Source: an uncultured virus (IMG/VR IMGVR_UViG_3300049448_000779) (lineage: Duplodnaviria > Heunggongvirae > Uroviricota > Caudoviricetes). Taken from it: a stretch of DNA of 64,000 nt. Below, piece by piece: positions 10,505 to 22,908 of the stretch (position 1 is its first letter; the number at the start of each line of letters is the position of its first letter). The stretch is taken from the IMG/VR virus record IMGVR_UViG_3300049448_000779. One strand, written 5' to 3'. The notes beneath the pieces are model-generated. The model saw only the letters and a list, made by a program, of their open reading frames with translations. It was not told the DNA's origin and did no database searches. Made by a program: the position numbers and the translations under genes.

Positions 10505-11731
10505 CTGCGCCCCCTTAACCCCGCCCCATCTGTCCGGGCTCTCGCACAGCTACATCCAAGATATCGGCGAACTGCCGCAGCGACTTTTCGAGCTGCCTGA
10601 AGACCTCCGCTTGCGGAACGCCATCCATGTGCGCCAGCGCGGTCTCAACTTTACCGGCATTGTTCACGACGGCCACGAATGTGACCTGCCCTCCTCGCTC
10701 CCTGAGCACTTGCTGAATGCGTTCGGCCAAACCTACTTGCGGCATCTTGCCCTCCTTGGCGCGGGAATCCGTCCCCCGCGATCCCTCTCTCAAGGGTTGT
10801 CTCAGATCTCGGATCAAGAGAGAAGAGAGAAGAGATGTGAGTGTGTAGCGTCGCGGGGGACGGTTTTGATCGCTCATTCAATTCCCATCAGCCCCCGGTA
10901 TCGTTGGGCTAGCTCTGGAGGCAAGGCTAGGATTCGCTTCCGGGCTTGCTGGATGCGTCGTGCGAGCTGTTTGGGCTCTTGAGTGTCCGGCTCTTGTACG
11001 ATCTTGTCGAGCGCTTCCATGGCTCGCTTGACCTTCTTCTCCTGTCGGCGATCTCTGTAGGGCCGCTTACGCTTTGCTTCACTCCGCACGCGAAGCTCTC
11101 GTTGGTAGCCCTCCCATTCGGGCGAGCCGTGCAGGTAGCGGGTTGACAGGAGATACCCGATTGAGCAGCCGCTCCACAGGATCACCATTCGCCCGTGGAT
11201 CAGGGATGGCGGGCGTGGCGCGCAGAAGTCCCGCGCCCAAGCGAGCCATCCCTCTACTGCGGCCTTCTTGTGCTCGAGCGCCGCGGGCGAACCCAGGATC
11301 TTGATCAGCTTCAGGACCCTTGGGAAGCCGCGGGCGCGATCGACCCGGACAACCAGGTCGGCGAACCTGTCCTTGCGCTCCTCGTATTGCGCGAGCGTTT
11401 CGTACGGTTGTTGGTAGTCTTCGGGCTGCCGTTGCCACCACGGGGGCCTTGGGCCGCCCGGCCACATGAGTCCATGGGCGCCTCCTACAATCAGCTCTGG
11501 AGGCTCTAGTTGGGCTTCGAGTTCAGCCCAAAACTCTTCATGCTCTTCTTCGGTTGCGGGCGGTAGGCGCTCATGCAAGTCCGCCCTCGGGCTGCTCAAC
11601 TCCGCTTCGATCTCGTCCTTCCAAGTGCCCATTCCCCGGGTGTACACCCGAAAATACCCCGGTTCCAGCGATCCGGACTTGCCTATTGGGCAGCGTTATT
11701 CCTACCCGACTGGCCCGGTGTAATTGCACCC

Positions 11732-12580
11732 ATGACTCACTCCCACGACAAGACTCTGCTTGTCTCGCTAGGCTTCTCCGACAAGGACAAGAAGAACCCA
11801 CGGCACGATCTTGCCTGTCAGTACTTGGCTCAAGCCCCTGTCTTCACCAAGCTCATGGCGCCCAACCTCGCCCCAGGCTGCGGGGTAGCGCTCGCCCCTC
11901 TCCATCACGAGTTCCACATCACCAAAGGCGAAAAGCAGTACAAGACTACAATCGGATTCGCTGACCTCTTTGTCAAGAATTGCATGCTCATCCGGCGTCT
12001 GGTCGCGCCCGAGCGCGTCCCATGCCCACCCATGCTCCGGGCCAATGAAGCAATCAAAGGCAGGAGCGAGGGTCAAGCGGACCTCAAGAAGCGCAAGGCC
12101 GCCCAGTGGGAAGCCTGGGAAGTCGCTCATGCTGCTGCGCCAGATAGCCCATTCTTCGTGTTCGCACGAATCGCCGTCTTGGTCGAAGTCAAGATAAAGC
12201 CGGTGTCGGCCGGTGATATCTTGAGGCAGATGCGACTCTACTCTGAGTACCTACCCGACTTAGGGCGCGTTTTTGCGCTCGACGACAACCCCAAGTTGGT
12301 TGCCGGCACCCCCCGGTACCGGTACTGTTATCGGCCGAGCAGCGCGACCTACGGCGACGATGGATGCCGGTGCGCGGCTCGCCATGCGGAAAAATACTTT
12401 GGAAGCGCGGCCGATTGGATGCGCTTCCAGAAGCTCGTTGTCACAGACTTCCCCCTTACGGCCGACGAGGTCGGCACACTGCGGTCCGCGGGGGTCTCTC
12501 ATACTCGGCTAGGGTCAGGATTCGAGGCCTACGTGGCGTCCGCTGCCGCCACTCAAGAGCATGATTCACCACAGATCTAG
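11732..12580 (+). CDS. PD-(D/E)XK restriction-endonuclease-fold protein
   Basis: IGFADLFV...VLVEVK...RQMRLY motif order; start set by the GGTGTAA-N8-ATG motif. Confidence 0.65.
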   Translation: MTHSHDKTLLVSLGFSDKDKKNPRHDLACQYLAQAPVFTKLMAPNLAPGCGVALAPLHHEFHITKGEKQYKTTIGFADLFVKNCMLIRRLVAPERVPCPPMLRANEAIKGRSEGQADLKKRKAAQWEAWEVAHAAAPDSPFFVFARIAVLVEVKIKPVSAGDILRQMRLYSEYLPDLGRVFALDDNPKLVAGTPRYRYCYRPSSATYGDDGCRCAARHAEKYFGSAADWMRFQKLVVTDFPLTADEVGTLRSAGVSHTRLGSGFEAYVASAAATQEHDSPQI

Positions 12581-13806
12581 CGACCGATGCCGTGCTTGGC
12601 CCTCTTACTTCAAGGCAGTGTTGGCAGCGCTCGCGCATGCACTTGAAGTCTAGCCCCGCTGCCACATAATATACCTTCATGAGACTCTTAGCTAAAGAAG
12701 CCAAGCATCCCGCAAGCCTTGGCTGGAAGCGCGTCAGTAGCGGCAAGTACCAACGAGGGACTCTAGTACTCGAGCATCGCGGTCCGGCTTGGTTTCTGCG
12801 CAATGGCGATGATCTGAAGGAGCACGCGTTCAAGACCCTACGGCTTGCACTGATCTTCGTCGAATTCTGTGAACCTGTCAGCGCGGGTACGTTCGCGCCG
12901 TCTCGTCAAGAGACCCGAGGGCCGTTCATGCTCGGTTGCGGAGAATGCGAGTGCTGCCAGGCTGGCCAGGACTGCCCCCGCATTGGTGAGCCTATCAGTA
13001 ATCTGGAAGACGACGGCTTAGACAACCGATTCTGAAGCCGCCCCTAGACGTTGTGGTCGGGGACACACTCAATAGCATCCCATGTTGTTAGATCTTCGAC
13101 CACTCGGGGTAGAGTCCGTGGTAGGCTTCGCGCATGGCACGCCTATTTTTGGTCATGTGTGACTCGGGCGAATTCGACAATGCTCAAGAGCACGTCGTGT
13201 GCGCCTACCTTGATCGCGAGCTAGCCGAGCTGCACGTTGAGCACTGCACCGCGGTAAGCGCCCGCTTCGCCCCGCCGCCCGAGCCTGGTGGGGTCGGTGG
13301 TGATTACGCAGCCTTCGTCGCTCGGCTCAGGAGGCACTGGGAGTTGCAGGAGGCCCCATATCTAGAGGCCATGCGTGATCTGGACCCCGAGGCATGCGTC
13401 GTAAGTTTGAAGCAGGGCGAGTACCGCGTTGAAGAGACACGGCTGTTCAACCAAGTTCCTACCCCTCCCCAGGAGCCCCATGCCTGACCTCACTCATGTT
13501 CATGCCGTTACCACCAACCAGAAAAATTCGCCGGCACCGTTTCGTTTCGAGCTGACCAAGCAGACGCTCAGCCTGCTGCTCGGATGGGATGCGAACGGCC
13601 GAGGCGTCGAAGAGATCGACACCCTTCTGCGCGAAGGGGTTGGCGTCAACGCCTTCACCAAGCAGGTGCCCCACGAGACGGGCACTGACGGGGTCGCCTA
13701 CCAGTTCCTCCCGTTCACCGGAAAGCTGGACGAAAACACGCAGCCCAAGGTTGAGCTTTTGGTCAACGTCTGCCGCAAGGATTGACTGCGCCGCTTGTGA
13801 TTCTCC

Positions 13807-14967
13807 TCACAGCGCGTCCATGAATACCTGCAACGGTGCTGGCAATGACAATCCCAGCACGGTCGCGAGGAAGCATTCTGCCCAGTTCTCCGTCCACTTG
13901 GTTTCGCCGTACAGGGAAGCTGCGAGCGGGTGGTATTTACCCTCGTTCAAGACGACCGTGAGATCGCCCCCGTACTGAGGGCTGCTGAGCGCGCGTTCGA
14001 GCGCCTCCGCGACGCTGTTGTCCCCGTCGTCTCGGAACCTCTTCACCAGAGGCACAACTTTGTTCCGCCATTCGTCGCGTGGAAACGCCGTGAACCACAG
14101 CTGCGCTCGCTCACTGAGGAAAGTCTCCGAGTCTGGGTAGTGCTCTTTCTGGTGCTCTCGCAGCAGCGCCATGTACTCGGTGGCCAAGCGTTGGCGCTCG
14201 GCGAGCGGGAACTGCGAGCGTTGCACGTCCCCGACCGTTGACAGCTCGATGAATTTCTCGCGCTGATCGCCGTTGCTGAACCGCGTGTGATGGCGGTGCC
14301 CGAACTCGTGAATGAGCGTTTTGATGCTGTCGCGATCCGGCGTCGCGTACAGGCTCAGGCTGATTGCGTCCGTCACCGGGGCGTAGACTCCCGCGACCTG
14401 CCCGCCTGACTCGTGCGGGGAATCCCCTCGAAGGCCGCGGCGAACGTAGACTTTGCCGTAGAGCACCTTCGGGAACTTAGGGCGGATCTTGGACGCGGCC
14501 GCATCGAGTGCGGCGATCGCTTCGTCGAGCCCGCCCTCGGCCCCCTTCGTCAGAATGATCGTGAACGGCCCGTGCTTGAACTCATCGTCTTGGCCTCGCG
14601 CCAAGTCTTCGAGCCACGGTAGCTCCTCCTTGATGCGATCAATCGACTTCCACATCACTTCGGTGTCGTCGCGATCGTGCCGCAGCGCGTACCGAAGGTT
14701 GCCTAGCAGCGTGACGATCGTTTCGAACCGACCTTGGTCCTTGTCGTCCAGCGCGTGTACCCACTCGGTGAGCACGTGGAGGCGATCGCTGCTCTTCGTG
14801 ACGTGGATCTTCAGCTGCTTGATGAGGAACGCGTCGAGCGCTGCGAGCGCGTCGTCATACGACTTCTGCCGGACCAGGGCTTCGATCCGTTGGATGTCCG
14901 GCGCCAGTACCCCCCTGGCCAGCAGATAGCGGGCGGCGACACGGAGCGCGAGGTGGTTCATCAACAA
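13807..14967 (-). CDS. Zincin-like metallopeptidase-domain phage protein with N-terminal RVAARYL motif
   Basis: TLIHEFGHR plus distal YGETKWTENWAECF. Confidence 0.7.
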   Translation of the reverse strand: MLMNHLALRVAARYLLARGVLAPDIQRIEALVRQKSYDDALAALDAFLIKQLKIHVTKSSDRLHVLTEWVHALDDKDQGRFETIVTLLGNLRYALRHDRDDTEVMWKSIDRIKEELPWLEDLARGQDDEFKHGPFTIILTKGAEGGLDEAIAALDAAASKIRPKFPKVLYGKVYVRRGLRGDSPHESGGQVAGVYAPVTDAISLSLYATPDRDSIKTLIHEFGHRHHTRFSNGDQREKFIELSTVGDVQRSQFPLAERQRLATEYMALLREHQKEHYPDSETFLSERAQLWFTAFPRDEWRNKVVPLVKRFRDDGDNSVAEALERALSSPQYGGDLTVVLNEGKYHPLAASLYGETKWTENWAECFLATVLGLSLPAPLQVFMDAL

Positions 14968-15359
14968 GCCGAAGACACAAGAAGGCTAGCGGTCGCAGGC
15001 AAGCCTAAACGTCTGGGAGGCCTGGGATGCCGTCCTGTCGGGCGATCTTGTTGTAGTCGTCAAGACACTTGTCGAGCATCTTGGCCAGCTCCCGCGCCGT
15101 GGTCGAATGCAGGTAGTGCGTGTGCCCGTGAATCCAGATCTTCACGCACTCAGATTCGTCCGACCCTGTAAGTTCGACCCGAACGTGGCCGATCGGCCAG
15201 TCCTGCGGCTGCTTCGGCTCGTGTGTAACCAATGTCGTATCTTTCGTCATAGTCGCGCAAGATACGCCGGTCACCCCACATTCGCAATGACGTATGTGGC
15301 TGGGCAAAGCCGCTGACGGTCAGCAAGGGTGTAGCCATACACACTGACCGTCAGCCCCC

Positions 15360-16271
15360 TTAGTTACCGACCATGTCCAACATGGGAGACTGCTTTGCAC
15401 CGTTGCTGTGGATCTTGCTGATCCCGTTGCTCGGCGCGCCGTTGCCGGCCTGCTTCGGCTCACCGTGCGGAGCGTCTGCGCCGAACCGGATCTTGTAGTA
15501 GTCGATCGCGCGGTAGATCTTGCTATGACCACATTTGTACTTCTTCGCAAGCTTGGCCACGTTAGTGGTGCCCGCGATGTAGGCTCCGAGTTCGGAGTCG
15601 GATGGGCCGGGCTTAAGGGTCTTGCGTCCCTCGACAGCGCTCACCAGCTTGTGCGTGGGGCTTGCTTTCGCGTCGCCGAGCGCTGCCATCGCCTGGCCTT
15701 TGGTCTTGTCGATGCGCAGCTTGCCCTGCTCATGATCCCACGCTGCCTTGCCTTTGACGATGTACCCGATCCCCTTCTGCCAGCGTTTGTTAGAATCAGG
15801 CTTGCCTATGATGTCTTGGACTCGACTGCGCAGCACTGACGGGGTGACCTTCAGCTTGCCGCAGAGTTCATGTGGAGATACGTCTCCGCGGATGTTGCTG
15901 ATCACTTGTGCTATGGGCACATCTCGCCAGCGGGAGTTGCGCCTACCCTGGAATGGGTCGACTACAACGGCCAACTTGGCTGTCTGGTGTTTGTCCTTAC
16001 TCTTGGAAGAGCGATGCGCCTCTATGCTCCGCTCGACCAACACCTCGTCTAGGTCTATTGAGTCTGTATCGCCAGGGAGGTTGATTCCCAGGGCTACCAG
16101 CTTGTCTCTAGCCAGCTTTGCAGCCAGCTGTTTACGTTGAAAGTCCAGCGCCGCCGTCACAACAGGACCGCAGCGCTTACACAACAGCTGTTCGATTTGA
16201 GCGTCCATGCGGCGTACCATACCTGTAGCGATGCGCGGCAAACAAGACCAGAAATAGCAAGTTAACTCCAT
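15360..16271 (-). CDS. Basic putative DNA-binding protein (HTH-like segments)
   Basis: Lys-rich, with two HTH-like stretches (SPHELCGKLKVTPSVLR; NVAKLAKKYKCGHSKIYR). Confidence 0.4.
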   Translation of the reverse strand: MELTCYFWSCLPRIATGMVRRMDAQIEQLLCKRCGPVVTAALDFQRKQLAAKLARDKLVALGINLPGDTDSIDLDEVLVERSIEAHRSSKSKDKHQTAKLAVVVDPFQGRRNSRWRDVPIAQVISNIRGDVSPHELCGKLKVTPSVLRSRVQDIIGKPDSNKRWQKGIGYIVKGKAAWDHEQGKLRIDKTKGQAMAALGDAKASPTHKLVSAVEGRKTLKPGPSDSELGAYIAGTTNVAKLAKKYKCGHSKIYRAIDYYKIRFGADAPHGEPKQAGNGAPSNGISKIHSNGAKQSPMLDMVGN

Positions 16272-16828
16272 CGGCTGACATAGCTAGCCAGTAGACCCCA
16301 TAGTTAGCTAGACACACTGTAAGCTCTCTTCCAAACATAGGCTAAAGCTGACAGGTAGTGTGACGACCTTAGCCCAGCTCGCCCCGGCGGTCGCGATCGT
16401 AATAGCCGCTCATGGCTTACTCCCTGGGCGAACCGCCGTAAGGATCTCCGCCCATCGCTCGTACTCCCCTTGGGTGACCTTCGCTTTTGCCAGTGTTGGC
16501 CGCTGTTTCTGGTGGATGACCTTGACCGTTCCCCGCGCAACCAGAGATATCGTGGTTTCAAAGATCAGCGGTTCTCGTTTCTCGGTGTCGCTCAGATACG
16601 GGTCGAAGCCCGTCCAGATGGTCATCACGCGGTAGCCGTTGACGTTTTTTTCAGCGACGAACCGATACCGCAAATCATTGAACAGCTTGACCCAGCGATA
16701 CGCATCGATCGGGTGACCTTGCCTATCGAAATAGTGGCCCACGCCCAGGCATGACACGGCCGTATGGCAATTGTCAAAATGAACGACCCTGTTGACGAGT
16801 GACCCACCGTTCGGTGTAGACCCGCCCC

Positions 16829-17602
16829 ATGTGCTGCACTGCCGATCTTTCTACCCTCTCGGATACCATCATCTACGCCGGCCACCAGACACGCGAGGGT
16901 CAGCGTGTCCAAGTCCTCGCCTATCAAAACAAGGCCAAGTCGACTGGCCCCAACGCGATGATCCTACCTATACCTACAGACGTTCCAATGGGGCCTGACA
17001 ACCTTGTCGACACCCGCGAAGGAGGCGCCTTCCTTGGGATTCTGGCGGACGCACTCGCCCCTCAATACCGCAGGCTATCCGACGATAGTCTCGTCGGCGC
17101 GGCGTCGATGAATTTTGGGGCACAGGTCGTCGAGGTCGGCTCTTACACGATCGTGCTAGCGGAGCGCCTCTCACAGGTTCGCGAGGCGCTCGAGCGCGTA
17201 CCGGAGAACAAGCGGCCGGAGTTCTCGAGCGAGTTCCTCGTCGGCTACGGGAAGCTGTATCCTGATCACCGCTTCGTGATCTGCTGCTGGGAAGGCGAGC
17301 TGAAGGCTGAACCAGTGATGCTTTGGTTTGTGCCGCGCGATGAGCGGCTGTTCATCCCGACGATGGACGCACATGACGGCGGCGCTCCAAAGCCCGGCTG
17401 GGTCTCCACTGACCACGCGATCATCGTGGGGATGGGGGCAGAGCACCACGGCATAGCCATCAAGAACATCCGATTGGACACGACGGACACCATCATGGCT
17501 TTGCTCGCCCCGCAGGTACGGCGGCATGATGTTGCTTGGCACAGCCCGAACGGCGACACCTGGTTCGAGGACGGCGTGCTACATCGCGTCACGCTTCAGT
17601 AA
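16829..17602 (+). CDS. Conserved hypothetical protein (YQN...PNAMILPIP type)
   Basis: 257-aa ORF with strong GC3 bias, preceded by GGTGTAG-N9. Confidence 0.7.
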   Translation: MCCTADLSTLSDTIIYAGHQTREGQRVQVLAYQNKAKSTGPNAMILPIPTDVPMGPDNLVDTREGGAFLGILADALAPQYRRLSDDSLVGAASMNFGAQVVEVGSYTIVLAERLSQVREALERVPENKRPEFSSEFLVGYGKLYPDHRFVICCWEGELKAEPVMLWFVPRDERLFIPTMDAHDGGAPKPGWVSTDHAIIVGMGAEHHGIAIKNIRLDTTDTIMALLAPQVRRHDVAWHSPNGDTWFEDGVLHRVTLQ

Positions 17603-19068
17603 GGCGCTTTGGCCGCGAAGCTCCAGGATCTGGGGTTGTGCTTCTTCAGGCGAGCCGCTGCGACGTTCATCACGTGCCCCCACAGGTTGCCCGCAGAGTC
17701 CATTGGTTGGACTGCGTAGCGAGCACGATCATCGCCCGGGAGCGGTGCAACTTCTTTGAGCACCTTCACCGGGTACGGGGAGCCGTCTCCGATGATGTCG
17801 ATGTCGTAGAGCTGTCCGATTTGCTTTGCCATACGCCCAATACGTCCGGGCGACCCTAGAGTTCACGCCCAAGCATCGAAACCTCGAAAGCGGGTCGCTC
17901 GAGCCTACCAACGAAAGTGCTCCGTGGCGGGGTCCCCGTCGAGCCGGTATCGGCCCGTGATTGGATGACGGTGCCAGCCGACCAGCGGGTCGCCCTCGCC
18001 TGTCCACACCTCGGCGGCCTCGATTGCGCGAGCGCGGGACTCGTAACAATACGCGTTCAGAATGCAGCCCAACGGGCCGGGCTCGCCGTGAGACAACCGC
18101 GCTTTGCCGAACGTCATGGGATAAACGCAGATCTGACTGCCGTCTGGCAGCATGCGGTGGTAAAGCGCGCCCTCTGCGTTAGTTGGTTCTGTGGGTTGCG
18201 GACGCATGCATCACTTCCTCCACTGCCTCTTCGTCACGCAGTAGCTCGTAGTATTGGGTCGCGCGTGGCAATGCAGTTTCGACCAGTCGATGGGCTGCGT
18301 CAGTTGGAGCCGGCGTGCACAGCACGACCACATTCAGCGAAAGTGCGAGGGCCGGCGCAATCGCATCTCGCGGACACCCCGACCGTTCCAGCTCGCTGCA
18401 GGTCTTGAGCAAGATCCTCGCAGCCCTGTCGGCATCATCGCCGCACGCCAGACACCTGCAATACACAACACGTTCGCCAGGTTGGTGCCTCATTTAAGCC
18501 CCCTTTGGTTTGCTGGGTCGTACCTTGGCCGCTTGTTAACGCAATCCCAGCCTCAGCGTCAATATCTAGCGTCAGGAGACTAGTTGAACGGCTAGTTGCA
18601 CGCTTTGACAATCGTCATAAAGCCGTGGCATGCCCTTGGGGATGAAGACAGCGCCAGATCAAGGGTGCCGACCGTGAGCCGGCGCAATCGAGGGCCGCGC
18701 AACCATGCGTACGGTCCGAAGCAAGCTCCACAAAGTGGAGGGTTCGTAACCGAGGTGGAGCTGACGGCAAACCTAATGCTCATGGAACCGCCACTACCGA
18801 CCGATCCGCCACTCACCGAAACGCAACGAACCCAATGGGGGCGCGCTGTAGATGCGGTGTCCCTTGCGGTAATGAGCCAGCCCAGCGCGACAGATGCGCT
18901 TGCCGTGCTGGCCAGAGCGATCAGAGGCGTTGCGGCTCAGGCGGATATGTCGCTCGGGGACGCGCTCGCGTTCGTCAAGACCTACACGGAAGAGGATGCC
19001 CTTGCGTTTCATAAGGCATGGGCCGAAGTTGCCGGCGCCCTACCCGAGCCCCCGACAAAGGCCTGAGC

Positions 19069-19140
19069 GTGGATCACTATTTCGATCGAGACGGCAAGCC
19101 GATAACGCTACAGCGTTCGGGCGTTCCAATCGACCCCTAG
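19069..19140 (+). pseudogene. Truncated remnant of the HYFDR-family gene (paralogs at 16410-16757 and 30657-31043)
   Basis: Translates VDHYFDRDGKPITLQRSGVPIDP*, matching only the paralog N-terminus. Confidence 0.55.
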
Positions 19141-19606
19141 CGCCACCAGCTTGCGGCGCATGCGTGACCACCGATGGCGGGCAGCACGCCTCTCACGGTT
19201 CTGCCTTATGCGGTCGCGGCGAGTACGGCGAGCGGTCTCCATACGCCCTATACGCGGCAGAACCGTACAAACTTCACGCTAAAAATGACCCAGCAGCCTA
19301 GTGCAACTCCCAAACCAAGCGCCAAGTACGGCGCAAGTCCGAGGGCTTTTACGTGAAGCTGAGCCGGTGTAGAACGAGCCCATGCCAATGGACATCGAGA
19401 CGGCCCTACTCATTGTCGACGACGAACTCCCTGACGGGGCATATTTCGCGATGCTCGGCGAATTGACCGGTTTGCCACATGACGCAGTGGTGGAGGCCTT
19501 GGTGGAGCATGCCGATCGAATAGAGGAACTTGCGTCTCCTCCGCCGCGAGGGAAGAAGGGCAAGCGATGACCCCTTTGCTCAATCCATGGGCTGTGCCTG
19601 GAACGA

Positions 19607-20475
19607 TCCCTAGTGGTCACTGGCACTTTGAATTAGGGCAAGGTTCGGACCTTGCCTATCCGGTTACCTGCCAATTGTAACCATCCGGGAACGCTAGGGA
19701 TTGAGCATTCTCTTATCGACGGCGCTCTTTGAAGGCGCGGCACTGAGGTCCGGCCTCATTCCAAGTGGAGCCCGACCATGCGTAGAATCGCGACCACCAA
19801 TGAGCTTCAATACGAGCTGAGGCAGCTACTCGACTACGCACGAAGCCATCAACCGTCGCGCCTGCAACTGGCAAATGAACTCAAGGAGCTTGGCCTGAGA
19901 GTGGCTGCCCATATCGGCATGGAACACGCGACTCCAGATGCACTGGAGAAATATCTCAAGGAGCATCCGAAGGCTGACCGATCAAAGCACAAGGTCAAAG
20001 GCGAAAAGGGCGATGAGGCTTCCAAGTCCTACGAAGAGAAACGCGAAGACTTTCTTGAGAAATACCCAAAAGACTACGGAGATCGGTTGAGGAAGCTCGA
20101 TGACGAGGGGCGTCGTCAAAATGAAGAGCCCGGCAACGCACGCAGGAAAGATCAGGCAGAACGGTTGGACAAAGTGCTCACGAAGGACTCGCACAGCACG
20201 AGCAACTGGTTCGAAGACTCGACGCACGAAGCGCTCGACAAGCTGAAGAAGAGCACAAATCCTAGTCACGACGCGCTGTCCGCTCTCATGGCACTAGGCA
20301 AGGAGCGAGAGCGCCTAAAGGACCGCCTTGAACCCTCACGCAACAAACGTCTCCGTCACCTCAAGGAACTTGAGCAGGTAGTAAAGTCGATCCTCAATGA
20401 GAGAGATTGACGACAACTCCTAGTGGTTACCCAGGCTTGCAATTGGCAGGGAACCGGATAAGCAGGGTTCGGACT
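19607..20475. repeat. Imperfect ~58-bp inverted repeats flanking the gene at 19778-20410
   Basis: Reverse complement of 19642-19700 aligns with 20417-20475 (core TTRCAATTGGCAGGKAACCGGATARGC). Confidence 0.75.
19778..20410 (+). CDS. Highly charged phage protein, possibly virion-associated
   Basis: 210 aa; N-terminal IATTNELQYELRQLL...LRVAA and ALEKYLKEHPKAD segments. Confidence 0.6.
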   Translation: MRRIATTNELQYELRQLLDYARSHQPSRLQLANELKELGLRVAAHIGMEHATPDALEKYLKEHPKADRSKHKVKGEKGDEASKSYEEKREDFLEKYPKDYGDRLRKLDDEGRRQNEEPGNARRKDQAERLDKVLTKDSHSTSNWFEDSTHEALDKLKKSTNPSHDALSALMALGKERERLKDRLEPSRNKRLRHLKELEQVVKSILNERD

Positions 20476-20478
20476 ATC

Positions 20479-20494
20479 CGTTTCACGTGGAACA
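20479..20494. promoter_or_regulatory. parS: parS-like centromere palindrome
   Basis: CGTTTCACGTGGAACA (rc TGTTCCACGTGAAACG) matches the bacterial chromosomal parS consensus TGTTNCACGTGAAACA; intergenic. Confidence 0.7.
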
Positions 20495-20666
20495 TTTCAG
20501 GGGTATTGCAACGTCAGTAGACGTCGACTGGTGCCTCTTAGGTCCCTACCTTACCCCTAGAGTTGATGGGCCATGACCGACTCAACAGTGGTCTTCGATC
20601 ACTCAAAACCACCATATCATGGTCTCTCGGTCAACGCCCTAGATTGGATGGCCGGCGAGCAATCCA

Positions 20667-20700
20667 TTGAAGATTGGCTAGCCTCAATTGTCTTGAGTAC
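20667..20700 (+). promoter_or_regulatory. Putative leaderless promoter, class II (TTGAAGWT-N14-YGTM-N8-ATG); other copies at 21262, 22063, 30276, 39878, 40136
   Basis: Identical spacing in all copies; five end exactly on an ATG. Confidence 0.75.
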
Positions 20701-22865
20701 ATGAAGCAACGCGACGTCAAAATCGGTCAAGTCTACCTCACCAGAGTCACCCCACACGTGGTTTGGCAAGAGGTCATAGTGGTTGACCAGGTCCAAGACT
20801 CCTCGAGCGGCCGCACCAAGTTCCGCGTCCGCCGCAACCTCCCGGGCTCGTCGGTGCTCCCCAAGTACCGCACGGCTTCTGCGCTGCACGAGCGGACCGT
20901 CCGCCCGCCGCAGACCGCCGCGAGCGACCAAGAGGCGATCAAGCCTGTCGACTGATATGCTTCGACTGGCTACCAGGGGATGGGGAACGATGCCCAAGCT
21001 CAACGACCAGTACTCCTTTTGCGAACCTGTCTGGGTCGCCACTGCCGCCCCGTGGTGCGTGAGGCGTCTCACGGACAAGGGCCGCAAGGTGAGCGGCGGC
21101 GTGGACACTCCGAGCCTTTGCGGGCGGGTTGATCCTGCAAAGGGCGGCGGTTGGGACCTGTCTGCTGCGTGCCAGGTCTCGCTTGAACACTCGCACATGT
21201 GCGCTCGATGCCGGACCAAGTTGGAGGCCCTGTTGAAGCGGCCAGATCCGGCGTCTCCAGCTTGAAGTTCCGACACGTCCGATTGTATCTAGGGCTGAGT
21301 CCGAACAACGAACGGGAGTGAGTGAGTGATGACCAAGTTGACCACGAATGGCGCGACGCTGCGCGACGTGACTGGGTGGGACGAGATCGATTACGTAGCT
21401 GACGAGGACGAGGTGGTTGTTCACTTTGGCCATGCTGGTTCACCTTACGCGTTGTGGACCGATCCGAAGGGGGCCGCGCAAAATCTTGGTCAGCTGACAA
21501 TGGATCAGCTTGTGTGCCTTGGCGATCGCGAGGGAGACCAACCCGAGACACGCCGCAGCTTCGCCGAAGCGTTCACCTGGGCACGCACCTGCGACGCTGG
21601 CGAATACCTCGCGCGATATTCCGATGACAACCTGGACGATGTCAGCGACTCGGGCAGCCGTTGCGGGTTCGATGACCTAGAGCTGGACGACCTCAAGCGT
21701 GAGCTGGGCAAGCGCGGCATGACTCTGGAGGCCGACGACGAAGGCTTGGTAGCGCGCGAGTTGGCGTCATGACCGGGCCGCAAGCACGCGTGGTGCTCGG
21801 CCGCGACGGTATGGGTGACGACGCCGACGAGTCTGACTTTGACGCTTACTGCGCGCATATCAGCGCCCACATAGACGAGCGCTGCGGCTTCGCGGTCGAA
21901 GTCGAGATCGCTGAGAAGCGCGATGTGCAATCGAATCGTGTGTTCGCCGACGACGCGCAAAGGGTACGTGATGCGTTGACCACACTGTGGGATGAGTTCT
22001 GCGCGGACGAAGCGCTTTGGCCGTCAAGAGTCCACCCATCGGGGGGCCTCGGGGACTGACCCTTGAAGTTCCGGCTTCCCCGATTGTAATTAAGGCATGG
22101 CACAGGCACACAAACAGGCCCAGTTGACCCCGAACCGTGAACGCGTGTTGCGCGAAGCGGTCTTGAAGGGGTGGAGCCAGACGCCGGGCGGTTACAAGCT
22201 GGCTTTTCGCGACGCTCGCCACTGGTGGTCCGCGGTCGAATGGTTGACGGCGGCCGGGTTCGTGGTGCGCCCCACCGGCACCCACGGATGCCGTCCTACA
22301 GAGCAGGGGCGCGCCTTGGTCGCTTCGTTGGACAAGTGCGTAGAAGCCGCTACCAAGTCGTGAAATGAAGGTCGAGATCTCGATGGACGCGGCGAAGCTC
22401 TTGCGCGAGCTGCTGCCGAAGAACCCCGTGCGCGCAAGGAAGCTCACGCTGGATCAGAGGCAAACGCTCGAAGCGTTCCTCTTCCAGCTCGGATGGTCGG
22501 AAGAAATCGAGAGGAAGCGTCTGGCTGCCGAGAAGGCTGCTGGTGAGGAGTGTGAGTAGTACAGATGACGACGATGTACCGAATTTCGATGGTGTTTACG
22601 CGCGAGACTGATCACCTGAGCCGAGTCCAGTACGAGTGCGCAGAGGCCGCCGGGGCGGCGATCGCGGATGCGCTGGGCTGGCCGGGGTTCTGCTTCGGTG
22701 CGTGGCATGCTGACCCGCTTGATTGCGCAAGCGCATGCTGCGTGTTCAAGTCCGAAGGACAGCGGGAAGAGTACGAAGATGCTCGCGCGGCCGGGAAGTT
22801 AGGGCCGGCGCCGCGGATCGTAACCGCGGGCTAGGTCCCAGTCCCATGTAGGGCGCTAGGCGAGC

Positions 22866-22891
22866 GGACCCCTTGGCGTCCCAAGGGGTCC
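22866..22891. terminator. Perfect 11-bp hairpin between convergent genes (possible bidirectional terminator)
   Basis: GGACCCCTTGG-CGTC-CCAAGGGGTCC; no clear U-tract. Confidence 0.5.
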
Positions 22892-22908
22892 AGCACACTT
22901 ACATATGT

